Virus record (IMG/VR): IMGVR_UViG_3300027874_000015
Coordinates: 1 to 50,184 of that record
Reading direction: 5' to 3' (one strand)
Source: a virus
Taxonomy: Duplodnaviria; Caudoviricetes
Length of the DNA: 50,184 nucleotides
Under the pieces are notes generated by a model. It was not told the origin of the DNA. It saw nothing but the letters and a program-made list of their open reading frames with translations, and did not search any database. Every line of letters begins with the position of its first letter. Positions within the stretch are counted from its first letter, which is position 1. This document shows positions 14,385-23,463 of the stretch, one piece after another. A program made the translations under genes and the position numbers.

Positions 14385-14972
14385 CTATGCCTCATCAATC
14401 TTTTCTACCAATAGCTTGGTGAACATCTCGCTGGCCTTGTCGGCTTCCTCCTTGACGATCTCATGCAGGTGAAACTTCTTGGGAATAGTGACCTCTTCCT
14501 TGCCAAAATATCGAGGCTCCTTGGTCTCGCGATCCATGAGCATGGGAAGACCCTTCTTGCTCGTGATGCGAAACAAGTTCTCCGCGCCGTAGACACGGGG
14601 CCAGACATCAGTGCCTTCCGCGCCAGTGAACGGCAGCCACATGTAGCCACTCGGGTTCTTGGCGTGGATCGTCGCGCCGTACTCGAACACTTTCCAGAAC
14701 GTCACCGGTGGCCCGTCCGGCTTCATGTAAGCGTCGAGCCGGATGGTGCGCTGGGTTTCCGAGACATCGACATGAAGCGCTTCCTGCCAGCGATCACCGA
14801 AATTGCCGGCTTCTTCGATATCCTCGGCGCCGCGAAACAGAATAGTGTCGGCAATCTCCTGCGCTGTTTCGTGCATCGCCTCGCGCACGACATTGCCGAG
14901 GCGTCCTATCTTCATCTGAGCCCAAGGGCCGATGTTTTCACCTTCAAGACTAAGTCTCAGTTCCATGGTCAA
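14385..14972 (-). CDS. HK97 gp10-like tail/neck completion protein
   Basis: N-terminal helix, then WKVFEYGATIHAK...WLPF and EEVTIPKKF motifs. Confidence 0.55.
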   Translation of the reverse strand: MTMELRLSLEGENIGPWAQMKIGRLGNVVREAMHETAQEIADTILFRGAEDIEEAGNFGDRWQEALHVDVSETQRTIRLDAYMKPDGPPVTFWKVFEYGATIHAKNPSGYMWLPFTGAEGTDVWPRVYGAENLFRITSKKGLPMLMDRETKEPRYFGKEEVTIPKKFHLHEIVKEEADKASEMFTKLLVEKIDEA

Positions 14973-15288
14973 TCATCCCATCTCAGGTAGATTTCAATCG
15001 CCCTGGCCCACTGATCCATCACTCGCTTGTAATCATCTGGCCTGCCGTTGACGGCCATGCGGACTGCCTGGGCGAAGTCCATGCGCTCGCTGATCTCGCG
15101 CTTTCTTTTGAGAAACAGCAGCGCGCTCATTTGGCGAGGGGTGAGGTCCCAGACGCTTGGATGTCTGGCGCATCCGAGGGCTTCGGCGTCGGCGGCGATG
15201 TCGTAGCCTGCCCCTTTGAACTTACTCGTACCACTACCTCCATGGCCTCCATCGTCGAAACGGACATTAACACGAGCCCTTCGAGAAA
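14969..15288 (-). CDS. Tail assembly chaperone C-terminal (T) segment, reached by -1 frameshift
   Basis: The -1 frame is open from the slippery site to the stop at 14969; VWDLTPRQMSALL motif. Confidence 0.7.
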
Positions 15289-15636
15289 AGGGCCGACACC
15301 ATCGGGAAAGGTACACCTCCCGATCGCATTCAAGACTTGCATCTGATCATGAACGCCGAGCGTCTTGGCTTTCTTTTCGATCAGTTCGTCGCCAAGGTAG
15401 GACGCAGTGCCGTCAGGCGTGTGCTGAGCCGCAGCCAACAGAACTGCCAGCAACCCCGGGTCCATCTTGTTGGGCTGCGATCCGGAATCCGCAAGCTGCT
15501 GAAACGCATCCGGATAACGCAGCAGTATCCTGCCAATGTCTCCCCCCGATATCCCGAAGATGTCGAGTTTCCCAGAACCGATGTCCACCCGCTCGTGACG
15601 CGGGAGGACATCGTTCAGCGACAGCATAGCTCCCAT
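15127..15636 (-). CDS. Tail assembly chaperone (gpG-like)
   Basis: Between tail tube and tape measure; contains in-frame C CCT TTT (GPF) slippery site. Confidence 0.75.
   Translation of the reverse strand: MGAMLSLNDVLPRHERVDIGSGKLDIFGISGGDIGRILLRYPDAFQQLADSGSQPNKMDPGLLAVLLAAAQHTPDGTASYLGDELIEKKAKTLGVHDQMQVLNAIGRCTFPDGVGPFLEGLVLMSVSTMEAMEVVVRVSSKGQATTSPPTPKPSDAPDIQASGTSPLAK
15286..15292 (-). promoter_or_regulatory. -1 ribosomal frameshift slippery heptamer CCCTTTT
   Basis: X XXY YYZ in the correct phase of the chaperone ORF; the -1 frame joins ORF 14969..15316. Confidence 0.75.
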
Positions 15637-15669
15637 CGGTCCTCCATCCTGTCGACACGGTTTCCTCCA

Positions 15670-16230
15670 CTACGGCGACAGGATGTCCGTAGCGGACGCA
15701 GTTCCGAACGTACCCGACACGTCGTCGTAGAGCACATCGCACTCGAAATCCATTGCGCCCCAGGTTCCAGACCCGGTGGGCAAGAGCGAGATCGCCCTGT
15801 TCGGTGTGAACAGGCACAGCGGGAATTCGTAGGTCCACTGCGGGCCGACGACATTGGTGCTCACAAACTTGAACGCTGCATAGATCAGCGGTTCGCTCAG
15901 GATTGAGATCGACTTGGTTCCCGGAGGCGAGTTCGCCGTCGCACCCAGGCACGCGAACCCGAGGTTGCGCGCAGTGAACTCCTCCAGGATCATCGTCAGC
16001 GTCGCCGCGACTTCAGTGACCACCACCAAGTCTTTCTTGCGGACGCCGACGCGCGAAGAGAAGTGTTCGAGGCGGGTAGGTTTCACCTGAAAGGTGAATT
16101 CGGTGATGTTTCCGCAGTCGACGTAGTTTGTGTCAGGATTCAAACTCGGTGGCACCAGTTTGACATAACCGATACCGCGGCCGACGACATAGTTGCCGAT
16201 ATTGGGTGACGTGGAATGCGGGGCGACCAT
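15670..16230 (-). CDS. Major tail tube protein
   Basis: GNYVVGRGIGY...DCGNITEFTF...LEHFSSRVGVRKKD...LEEFTARNL, typical of tail tube family. Confidence 0.8.
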   Translation of the reverse strand: MVAPHSTSPNIGNYVVGRGIGYVKLVPPSLNPDTNYVDCGNITEFTFQVKPTRLEHFSSRVGVRKKDLVVVTEVAATLTMILEEFTARNLGFACLGATANSPPGTKSISILSEPLIYAAFKFVSTNVVGPQWTYEFPLCLFTPNRAISLLPTGSGTWGAMDFECDVLYDDVSGTFGTASATDILSP

Positions 16231-16257
16231 CGCCTGCTCCTGTTCTCTTCTCCTCTG

Positions 16258-16770
16258 TCAGCGCGATGGAAACACCGGGTAGTAGAACTCGTAGAGCATC
16301 ATGAGCCATGCGCCATAGGCTCCTACGGTTCTCCCGACTTGAAGATCAGTTTCGAATGCACTAAGGAAATGCGTACCGTTTACCGTCACCAGATCGAGCA
16401 GCACGCTATCGTTGGTGACTGCATCCTTGACGGTGAACATCCAGCCCGACAGCTCGGGCCCGACCGGTTTGTCGACGCCACCAAGCTTCTGGTTTTCAAC
16501 GGTATCGCGGTTCTCGATCGTCACGACGATCTGCGGTTTCATGCACCAGATCGTCGGCGGCATTGCCGTCGCCTTGTGCCGCAGCACATCCTGGGTGAGG
16601 CGAGCCCCGCCGTCATAAACAAGGAATGCCGGCCGTGGCACGCCGAGCAGCCCGGTCTCAGCCGGACCGTGATTGCGGTGTGCATAGTTGATGCCGGGAA
16701 TGGCCTGCCCAATCTCTACCAAACGCTCCAGAATCGCCTCACGCCTATCAAGCGTCTGGTCGAAGCTCAA
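16258..16770 (-). CDS. Putative tail terminator
   Basis: Position just upstream of tail tube; REAILERL N-terminus. Confidence 0.55.
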   Translation of the reverse strand: MSFDQTLDRREAILERLVEIGQAIPGINYAHRNHGPAETGLLGVPRPAFLVYDGGARLTQDVLRHKATAMPPTIWCMKPQIVVTIENRDTVENQKLGGVDKPVGPELSGWMFTVKDAVTNDSVLLDLVTVNGTHFLSAFETDLQVGRTVGAYGAWLMMLYEFYYPVFPSR

Positions 16771-16771
16771 A

Positions 16772-17191
16772 TCATCTCCTCACATTCAGCCGCCAATAGA
16801 GCTGGTGATGGCTCGGCCCCATCGGGTCCGGCGGGCGATTGATTTTCAGCAAGTGATCATCGATCGGGTTGCCGTTGGCATCTGGGATGGGAAAACCCTC
16901 GTCATCGAGCAGCACCACGACCAAGGTGTCTTTCTCGCTGGGATCGGGATCGAGTTCGAGCCCAGTCTCGGGTGAAAGCGAGGAGACGAATGCGATGCGG
17001 TCGAGCGGGTTTGACACCTGCCCGATCCGCTCCATCGGGTTTTCCTGCGCAATGATCGCGGTGATCCACCGGTCGGGAAGCCCCGGTTGGCGCAGCAAAC
17101 AGAGATCGCCATGGCGCGCCAGCAGATTATCCCAGGTGTGCCGGGCGCGCTCGACCTTGAACGGATACGGCTGCGGCCGCGGGATCACCAC
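16772..17191 (-). CDS. Putative head-closure/head-tail joining protein
   Basis: GTG start overlapping the adaptor gene's end; synteny. Confidence 0.5.
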   Translation of the reverse strand: MVIPRPQPYPFKVERARHTWDNLLARHGDLCLLRQPGLPDRWITAIIAQENPMERIGQVSNPLDRIAFVSSLSPETGLELDPDPSEKDTLVVVLLDDEGFPIPDANGNPIDDHLLKINRPPDPMGPSHHQLYWRLNVRR

Positions 17192-17574
17192 GTCTTCACC
17201 GCGCTGTTGACCACCGCGATCAGGGGAAAATTGTCGCGCAATAGCCCGAGATACTTCTCGCCGTAGATCGTCATGGTGAAGTCGATCGCCTTGTTCTGAT
17301 CCGGCACCGCATAGGTGATCGACATGTCGGGCACGCGCTCGCTCGCAATGATCTGGCCGGTGCCGGACGAAGCCCGCATGAGCTGAACCTGCAGCGTATG
17401 TGCAGCAAGGTAATAGACGGCGAGCGTCTGGTTGGCGTCGTCGACCCAATGGCCGTTGCCGAACTCGCCGCACTTCACCATCGCCTCCTCGATGGCGAAC
17501 TCGATGTCAGCATCGGGCTGCGCGACGAATGCCGGAAACTTGAGTTTGAAGTTGGTCGCTGAAGGGCGGCTCAT
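17185..17574 (-). CDS. DUF4054-like head-tail adaptor protein
   Basis: FKLKFPAF...PDADIEFAIEEA...YYLAAHTL...TIYGEKYLGL. Confidence 0.75.
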   Translation of the reverse strand: MSRPSATNFKLKFPAFVAQPDADIEFAIEEAMVKCGEFGNGHWVDDANQTLAVYYLAAHTLQVQLMRASSGTGQIIASERVPDMSITYAVPDQNKAIDFTMTIYGEKYLGLLRDNFPLIAVVNSAVKTW

Positions 17575-17602
17575 ATCATTCTTTCCGTGATATGATGTTT
17601 GC

Positions 17603-17672
17603 TGTGGTTCGGCGTGGCACGGCGTTGCATGGCATGGTCCGGCCAGGTGTGGCACGGCGAGGCAGGGCAAGG
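17603..17672 (+). repeat. Degenerate NNNGG pentamer tract (14 units)
   Basis: tgtgg ttcgg cgtgg cacgg cgttg catgg catgg tccgg ccagg tgtgg cacgg cgagg caggg caagg. Confidence 0.85.
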
Positions 17673-17674
17673 AT

Positions 17675-17708
17675 GCGGCGCAGCAGTCTTCTGCTGCGAC
17701 CGCTTTTT
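17675..17708 (+). terminator. Intrinsic terminator-like hairpin on the plus (antisense) strand
   Basis: gcgg-cgcagcag-tctt-ctgctgcg-a-ccgc followed by ttttt. Confidence 0.55.
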
Positions 17709-18067
17709 CACGGTACGAATTGAGTTTCTGTCACACATAAAATTCCCCAACTGCCGCCGATCACCTCGCCAGCGGCGTTGATGATCGTCGCCTCGTGGTA
17801 GTAGTTCTCAGGCGTCAGATTGATGGTGTCGGCCGTCATCATCTGCACCTCGAATGAAAGCGGACTCTCGATCGGCGTGATGTCAGGCCCGCCTTTCTCC
17901 AGGATCGGTGGTCCCATCGGGATTGCAAACTGCTGCTGATAGACTTTCCACAGGACAGTGGCGTCGAGCAGTGTCGGTGTTACCGCGGGGTCGACGGTGA
18001 ATGTGATCACCTCGTTATACCCGGCAGGTATCGAGAAGTTCTGCGGCGTCATGGTCGGAGGTTTCAT
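17708..18067 (-). CDS. BppU-N/Ig-like fibre attachment protein
   Basis: 119 aa beta-type; T-x-x-L-x-P-x-x-YYHEA pattern; follows the long fibre gene. Confidence 0.45.
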   Translation of the reverse strand: MKPPTMTPQNFSIPAGYNEVITFTVDPAVTPTLLDATVLWKVYQQQFAIPMGPPILEKGGPDITPIESPLSFEVQMMTADTINLTPENYYHEATIINAAGEVIGGSWGILCVTETQFVP

Positions 18068-21000
18068 TCTGTTTTCACCGCCTCCAATGCAGGATCGTCC
18101 TTTCCGGCTTTCAGCTCCGTTTCGGGCTCAAACGCTTGCAGCTCGATCGGGGTACCCTCCCACGCTCTCAACTCGGTGGAAGGCTCCCATGCCCGCAGTT
18201 GCTCGGTGCGCGGCCGCCCGTGAATGCGCTGGACCAGCAGCGACACCAGCTGCCCAATCGACAGCGAAATGTTCTGGGTGAACGTGGTGACGACGTGCAG
18301 CGAGGTCGCGAGCGTCACCCGGCTGCCGGTGCCAAACGTGATCATCCACTGGAACATTGCGCCGGCCGCGAGCGTCACCCGCTCGCCGATACCGAGCACG
18401 ATCGTGCGGGCCACCGCACGCGAGAGGGTGATTCCCTCGCCGATCCCAACCAGGATCGTCCGGGCCGCGCGGCGCCCGACCGATATCACCTGGGCCTGCG
18501 CCAGGGTGATCACAGCTGCCCGGGTGAGACGTCGCGCCAGCGACACTGCCTGGCCTATTCCCACTGCGAGCGCTTGGGTTTTGGCCTTCAGTGTCGCCAG
18601 CGTAACGTGTTGTCCGAAAACCACATTTCTCGAGAACAGCTTCAGCGCACCGGCTGCTAGGGTCACCATCTGCGCCAGGGGCGCCAGGATGGCATGCCGT
18701 ATAGTCCGCCCCAAGGTGACGGCCTGCCCCAAAAACACGCTCAGCGAGGTCCGCACGGCCCTGGCGAGGCTCACCAGCTGCCCCTGCGTTACCGTGATCG
18801 TCCGGCTGGCAATCTTGAGCCGGGCCAGAGTGACCTGCTGCCCCCACCCCACCGTGGTGGACACCACCCGGGCGAAAGAGCGCGCCAGCGTGATCGCCTG
18901 AGCCGCGTTGACCACGATTTGATGGGACACAGCAGATCGCAGGGTGACGATCCCAGTCGTCAAGACCTGAATGACCCGAGATAGAGCCACCCTGCGCGCC
19001 AGCGAAACCGCTTGGCCCTGGAAGAGGGACAGGGTAAGCCGCCCACCGGCAGTGGAGATGAGAGTAACCAGCTGCCCCCACCCGACCGAAACAAGCTTCC
19101 CGATCCGGCGCCCGAGCGTCACTGCCTGGGCCTGGGCAAGGTTGATGAACACGCCGCCCGGCTTGAGCTGTCGCGCCAGGGTGACGAACTGACCCCAGGC
19201 AACTAGCAGCTGCTTCGCCGTGGTCCGCGTCACGGTCACGGTCTGTTGGATCGTGACCGCGATCTGCCGCGGCAACCGTTTGGTCACCGTCACGGCCTGA
19301 CCAATTCCCATCGCGAAGAAGCGTGACAGCGACAGCCGGCGCGCCAGGGTGACGGCCTGCAGGCTCTCCAGGCTGACGAAGACCTCGCCCTTGCTGAGAA
19401 TGCCGAGCGTCGTCTTCACATGCGTCGCCAGCGCGATCAGCGTCGATATTTTCCGCCCCAGCGTGATCGCTTGAGGAGAACTAACCAGCACCGTCCAGTA
19501 GTGCGCCGGCACCCGCGCCAACGTCACCAATGACGGCGACGCCACCGCAACCGTGAGCAGCCGCAGGCTCGCGCGCGCAAGCGTGACAGTTTCAGCCCAC
19601 CCAACCTGAATCGTCCGCAGCAGCGCCTTGGTCGAGGAGAGGCTCACTGCCTGCGCCTGACCATGAGCGACCACAAGCAGGTGAGCCGCCCTCGCGGCGA
19701 AAGTGACGATCTCGCCTTGAGCCAGACCAACGAGCAGACGATGCAGCGCCGTACGAGCCAGCGTGACCGATTCAGCCGTGCCGATCGTCACAGTGCGCAA
19801 CAGCGTTTTGATGGCGGAAAGGCTCACCGCCTGCGCGCTGCCCAATTGGACTGCAAGCGAGTGAGCCCCCTTCGCGGCGAGGGAAACCAGCTCGCCGGAA
19901 GACACGGTAATCGTGCGAAAATGCAAACCGATGCGCGCGAGGTTTACGCTCTGCGCCCAGCCCACCGTGATGGTGGCGAAGTGGCTGGCCGTCCTCGTCA
20001 GCGTCACCACCTGCGGCGAGTTTACCAGCATCGTCCAGAAATGCGATGCCCGCGCCGCAAGCGTCACCAGCTCGCCAAGGCTGACCGTGATGTTCTGAGT
20101 ATACTGGACGGCGCCGCTGATCTTCTGCGTCGCCAACGTGACCAACTCAGCGAACGATATTGCGATCGTGCGCAGGATTGCCTTGATCACGCCGAGCGTG
20201 ACCAGTTGCGACTGGCCGAACGCGACGACACGCCGGTACAGCTCGGTCTCGGTCATCGTCACGGACTGAGCCGTCGAAACCAGCAGCGTCAAAAAATGTG
20301 AAGCTCGTGTTGCCAACGTCACCAGCGATGGCGCAGACACCAGCACGGTCCAGAAGTGCGCCGCCCGTCGCGTCAACGTGACCAGCTCCGGCGAGCTGAT
20401 CGTGACCAACTGCCCAGCCGATTTGAGCCGCGCCAGCGTGACGGATTCTGGATGGCTTACCGTCACCGTCTTCAATGCAGCTTTGAGACGCGCCAGCGTG
20501 ACCAGTTCAGGCGACGATACCGTGACGGCGAGCCTGTGCGTAGCCTTGGTGACGAGGGTGACGAGCTGCGCTGTCGACACTTGGATCAGGTGACTGATCC
20601 TGCGCGCCAGCGTCACGGCTTCAGGGTGCGAGACCGAGATCACTTTCTGCCGCGCCATCGTCAGCAGGACGTTGAGCGCCGGGATCGGCCCACTGCCATC
20701 AACGACGATATTCCCCGCGCGGTCGGTGATCAGCGTGCCATCGCGTTGGGTGATCTGCGCCGCTTCAATTGGGTAGACCAGAATCGTCTGTGTGAGTCTC
20801 TTGCCGGAAACGAGCAATGCTCCGACCGAGGAGGAGAGGGGAATGGTCTTGGCCGCTTGCTTGGTGACGACGATGCCCGATGCCGTCGAAATGGTGATGT
20901 TCTGATTATACTGTGTGCCGCCGCCGCCAATGGTGGCGGTGACGACGATGAGACCGCCAGCGCCCTGTCCGACATTGTTGGTGATGGTACCGCGCGAGTA

Positions 21001-21849
21001 ACCGCAACCACCGCCACCGCCACCGTACGAGCCGCCATTGCCGCCGGTGTTGGTGGTTGCCGAGTTGGTGCCCCAACCGGCCGATGCGCCACCGCCACCG
21101 CCGCAGCCGTGACTGCCGTCGAAATCGGTGCCGGAGCCGCCATTGCCACCGGTTGAATTCTGCGCCGAGCCGGTAAAACCCGCGCCGCCCGAATTGCCGG
21201 TGCCTGCCGCGCCATTGGTGGTGCCTGCGGTGCCACTCGATCCGGTGCCGCCGTTGATGCTGGTACCGCCGGCCGCATTGCCGGTGGCGCCGTTGTTAGC
21301 ACCACCACCGCCCATGCCGTTGGTGCCGCTGGTAGATGTACCGCCGTTGCCGCCGACGCCGTTTGGCCCGCCGGCACCGCCCCCGCCGCCCCCACCACCG
21401 ACTGCACCAGACTGCGCACTACCGCCTGCGCCGCCTGCATTGCCAATATTGAGTGTATACGTGATAGCCGGCGTGCCGACGATGGACCCTGCCGCGCCAG
21501 CGGTGCCGCCTGCCGTGCCCGTAGCGGGGAGGCTCTGCCCTGAACCGGCTGACTGACAATTGGACGGGGTAGTAAATGTCGATTGCCAATTCGTTGTGGC
21601 GCCAGTGCCTCCAGCATCGACTCTGAAAGCGATTGTCGTCGTACCGGGCGTAATCGTGCCCGACGAATAGGTGAATTTGCCGTAACCGCCGCCACCTCCA
21701 CCACCGCCGCCACGCCCCGAGGTGCCGGTGGTGCCGCCCGCGCCGTTACCACCCGAGCCTAACAGCTCGACGGTGTGGCCGGCAACGATGTAGTTGGAGG
21801 GGAAAGTCCAAGGAGAAGACGACGCGTTCGTAAGGAAAGTTTGTGCCAT
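18064..21849 (-). CDS. Long repetitive virion fibre-like protein (Gly-rich N-domain plus about 20-22 aa VTL repeats)
   Basis: About 1260 aa; GGGGG-rich N-terminus, then dozens of ...Q/E-x-V-T-L-A-R... repeats. Confidence 0.7.
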   Translation of the reverse strand: MAQTFLTNASSSPWTFPSNYIVAGHTVELLGSGGNGAGGTTGTSGRGGGGGGGGGYGKFTYSSGTITPGTTTIAFRVDAGGTGATTNWQSTFTTPSNCQSAGSGQSLPATGTAGGTAGAAGSIVGTPAITYTLNIGNAGGAGGSAQSGAVGGGGGGGGAGGPNGVGGNGGTSTSGTNGMGGGGANNGATGNAAGGTSINGGTGSSGTAGTTNGAAGTGNSGGAGFTGSAQNSTGGNGGSGTDFDGSHGCGGGGGASAGWGTNSATTNTGGNGGSYGGGGGGCGYSRGTITNNVGQGAGGLIVVTATIGGGGTQYNQNITISTASGIVVTKQAAKTIPLSSSVGALLVSGKRLTQTILVYPIEAAQITQRDGTLITDRAGNIVVDGSGPIPALNVLLTMARQKVISVSHPEAVTLARRISHLIQVSTAQLVTLVTKATHRLAVTVSSPELVTLARLKAALKTVTVSHPESVTLARLKSAGQLVTISSPELVTLTRRAAHFWTVLVSAPSLVTLATRASHFLTLLVSTAQSVTMTETELYRRVVAFGQSQLVTLGVIKAILRTIAISFAELVTLATQKISGAVQYTQNITVSLGELVTLAARASHFWTMLVNSPQVVTLTRTASHFATITVGWAQSVNLARIGLHFRTITVSSGELVSLAAKGAHSLAVQLGSAQAVSLSAIKTLLRTVTIGTAESVTLARTALHRLLVGLAQGEIVTFAARAAHLLVVAHGQAQAVSLSSTKALLRTIQVGWAETVTLARASLRLLTVAVASPSLVTLARVPAHYWTVLVSSPQAITLGRKISTLIALATHVKTTLGILSKGEVFVSLESLQAVTLARRLSLSRFFAMGIGQAVTVTKRLPRQIAVTIQQTVTVTRTTAKQLLVAWGQFVTLARQLKPGGVFINLAQAQAVTLGRRIGKLVSVGWGQLVTLISTAGGRLTLSLFQGQAVSLARRVALSRVIQVLTTGIVTLRSAVSHQIVVNAAQAITLARSFARVVSTTVGWGQQVTLARLKIASRTITVTQGQLVSLARAVRTSLSVFLGQAVTLGRTIRHAILAPLAQMVTLAAGALKLFSRNVVFGQHVTLATLKAKTQALAVGIGQAVSLARRLTRAAVITLAQAQVISVGRRAARTILVGIGEGITLSRAVARTIVLGIGERVTLAAGAMFQWMITFGTGSRVTLATSLHVVTTFTQNISLSIGQLVSLLVQRIHGRPRTEQLRAWEPSTELRAWEGTPIELQAFEPETELKAGKDDPALEAVKTE

Positions 21850-22058
21850 GCGATCTCGCAAACCCTCCTGTGAGCTGCGTCAATCACTCCCGGGATGTCA
21901 TTGCGGGGAACGGGATCTGGAACGCAAAGACCCGGGACGATGCAGATCGTCTCGCCAGGCGTGGCGCCGCAGATGATCTCTTCGAACGTGCCAGTGACGG
22001 TGCGCACGCCACCCCTGATATCGACCACGCCAGCGACCAGCAGGTCACCGTTTTTCAT
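21759..22058 (-). CDS. Hypothetical protein
   Basis: 99-aa ORF filling the gap in the operon; overlaps both neighbours. Confidence 0.4.
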   Translation of the reverse strand: MKNGDLLVAGVVDIRGGVRTVTGTFEEIICGATPGETICIVPGLCVPDPVPRNDIPGVIDAAHRRVCEIAWHKLSLRTRRLLLGLSPPTTSLPATPSSC

Positions 22059-22704
22059 ACGCGGCCCAGAAGGTTTCCTTCTGCATCCAGCCCGGCGCTA
22101 CCGCCTCATCGAGCACGCCGTGCTCGATCTCACGGAAGCCGGCATCAAGGATCATGCGGTTGACATCGAGGCCATCATCAGCCCACTGGCCGCCTTCGAC
22201 CGGCACACAACGATTCCGGTTGTTGCAGATGAAGAAACTGGCCTCGCGCTCCAGCCGCAGGCGGATGCGCTCGATGTCGTCGTGGACGTTCAGACAGTGC
22301 TGCAGCGCCCACACTGAGATCGCTGCGTCGAACAAGCAGTGACCTGTAAAAACGGTCTCCAACACTTCCGGCGAGATCGCAGCGAAGGCATTGCTCTCGA
22401 CCAAACTTGCCGCGAGCCCGCGCATGTTCGGCGAGATATCGACACCGATCACTGAGCAGTCGAGCTGCATGATCAGCGGCTTGGCGAGGCGCCCGACACC
22501 GCAGCCATAGTCGAGCACCAGCGAACGCGGCTTTACATAACGCTTGATGATCTCCATCAGCGCCGGGGTTTCCTTTTCCCAACGCTCTTTGACGCTGAGC
22601 CCTTCGGTCGGGCACAGGATGATCTCGGCGGCCTGATCGAGGTTCTCGATGTCGAGATACCGCCGTGGATCGTATGCGACCTGCTTGGTTCCCGGCATTA
22701 GCAT
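22045..22704 (-). CDS. Class I SAM-dependent methyltransferase
   Basis: VLDYGCGVGRL motif I, VIGVDISPNM, FDAAISVWALQH. Confidence 0.85.
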   Translation of the reverse strand: MLMPGTKQVAYDPRRYLDIENLDQAAEIILCPTEGLSVKERWEKETPALMEIIKRYVKPRSLVLDYGCGVGRLAKPLIMQLDCSVIGVDISPNMRGLAASLVESNAFAAISPEVLETVFTGHCLFDAAISVWALQHCLNVHDDIERIRLRLEREASFFICNNRNRCVPVEGGQWADDGLDVNRMILDAGFREIEHGVLDEAVAPGWMQKETFWAAYEKR

Positions 22705-23381
22705 TTACTTTTTCCTCTCGCCTTCTTCATCGTCCTGGAGCGCTGCGTCCATGGAGGCTCTGTAGCATCGTTCAACCCAAGTGCCGTTTCAGCCGCCTCT
22801 TTTTTCACAATCAACCACGGCAGGATTTGCTCTAAGATCAACAACGAGTTTTTTCCATAACAAGACCAACGCCAGGCAGGCGAATGGGCAGAGCTTTTAC
22901 GTTTCACTTTCGATACGCGCCCAGTCCCAGTCACCGCTGTGACTTTGTTCATGAGTGCCCTCGACGTTGTAGTCAAATCCAGACGGACGCTATGGAGAAC
23001 GATACGGCGTGGCCAAGCTATGCATCCTTCCCCATCAAATAACGCTGAGAACCAAACTTTCTCATCGTGCTTCATTCTTCGGGCTTTTGCATGCTGGTCA
23101 TCACCCCAATGACCAACCTTGGCGCATGAGCGGCTGCAATATTTCGCGATCTTAGTTCTGTTCCCGGCCCCGCCAATCAGAAAGACTTTCCCGCAAGTAT
23201 CGCATGCTCGCTTCTTTGGCTTGACAAGCTGCCGCCTCTTGCCAATCTGCGCTTGAGCAAAGCAGGCACGCGAACAGTAGTTGGTCCGATTCTTATCCCA
23301 TTTATAAGCTTCCCATTCCTTGCCGCAGTTCTTGCAGACACGTACGATCTTCTCAGCCTTCGGCGGTCGTCCTGTTCTCAT
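22698..23381 (-). CDS. Free-standing LAGLIDADG-type homing endonuclease with N-terminal CxxC...YCSxxC repeats
   Basis: WFSALFDGEGCI motif; LEQILPWLIVKK C-terminal motif; two Zn-ribbon repeats; AT-richer than flanks. Confidence 0.75.
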   Translation of the reverse strand: MRTGRPPKAEKIVRVCKNCGKEWEAYKWDKNRTNYCSRACFAQAQIGKRRQLVKPKKRACDTCGKVFLIGGAGNRTKIAKYCSRSCAKVGHWGDDQHAKARRMKHDEKVWFSALFDGEGCIAWPRRIVLHSVRLDLTTTSRALMNKVTAVTGTGRVSKVKRKSSAHSPAWRWSCYGKNSLLILEQILPWLIVKKEAAETALGLNDATEPPWTQRSRTMKKARGKSKC

Positions 23382-23408
23382 GGTCTCCTCCCATTGAAGG
23401 AGACCATG
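23379..23408 (-). promoter_or_regulatory. 11-bp hairpin sequestering the RBS and ATG of the endonuclease gene
   Basis: catggtctcct-N8-aggagaccATG perfect inverted repeat. Confidence 0.75.
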
Positions 23409-23463
23409 GTGGCCTACTTAACATGATGAAGTCAAGATGTTTAGACGACTGCCAAGTCATTGA

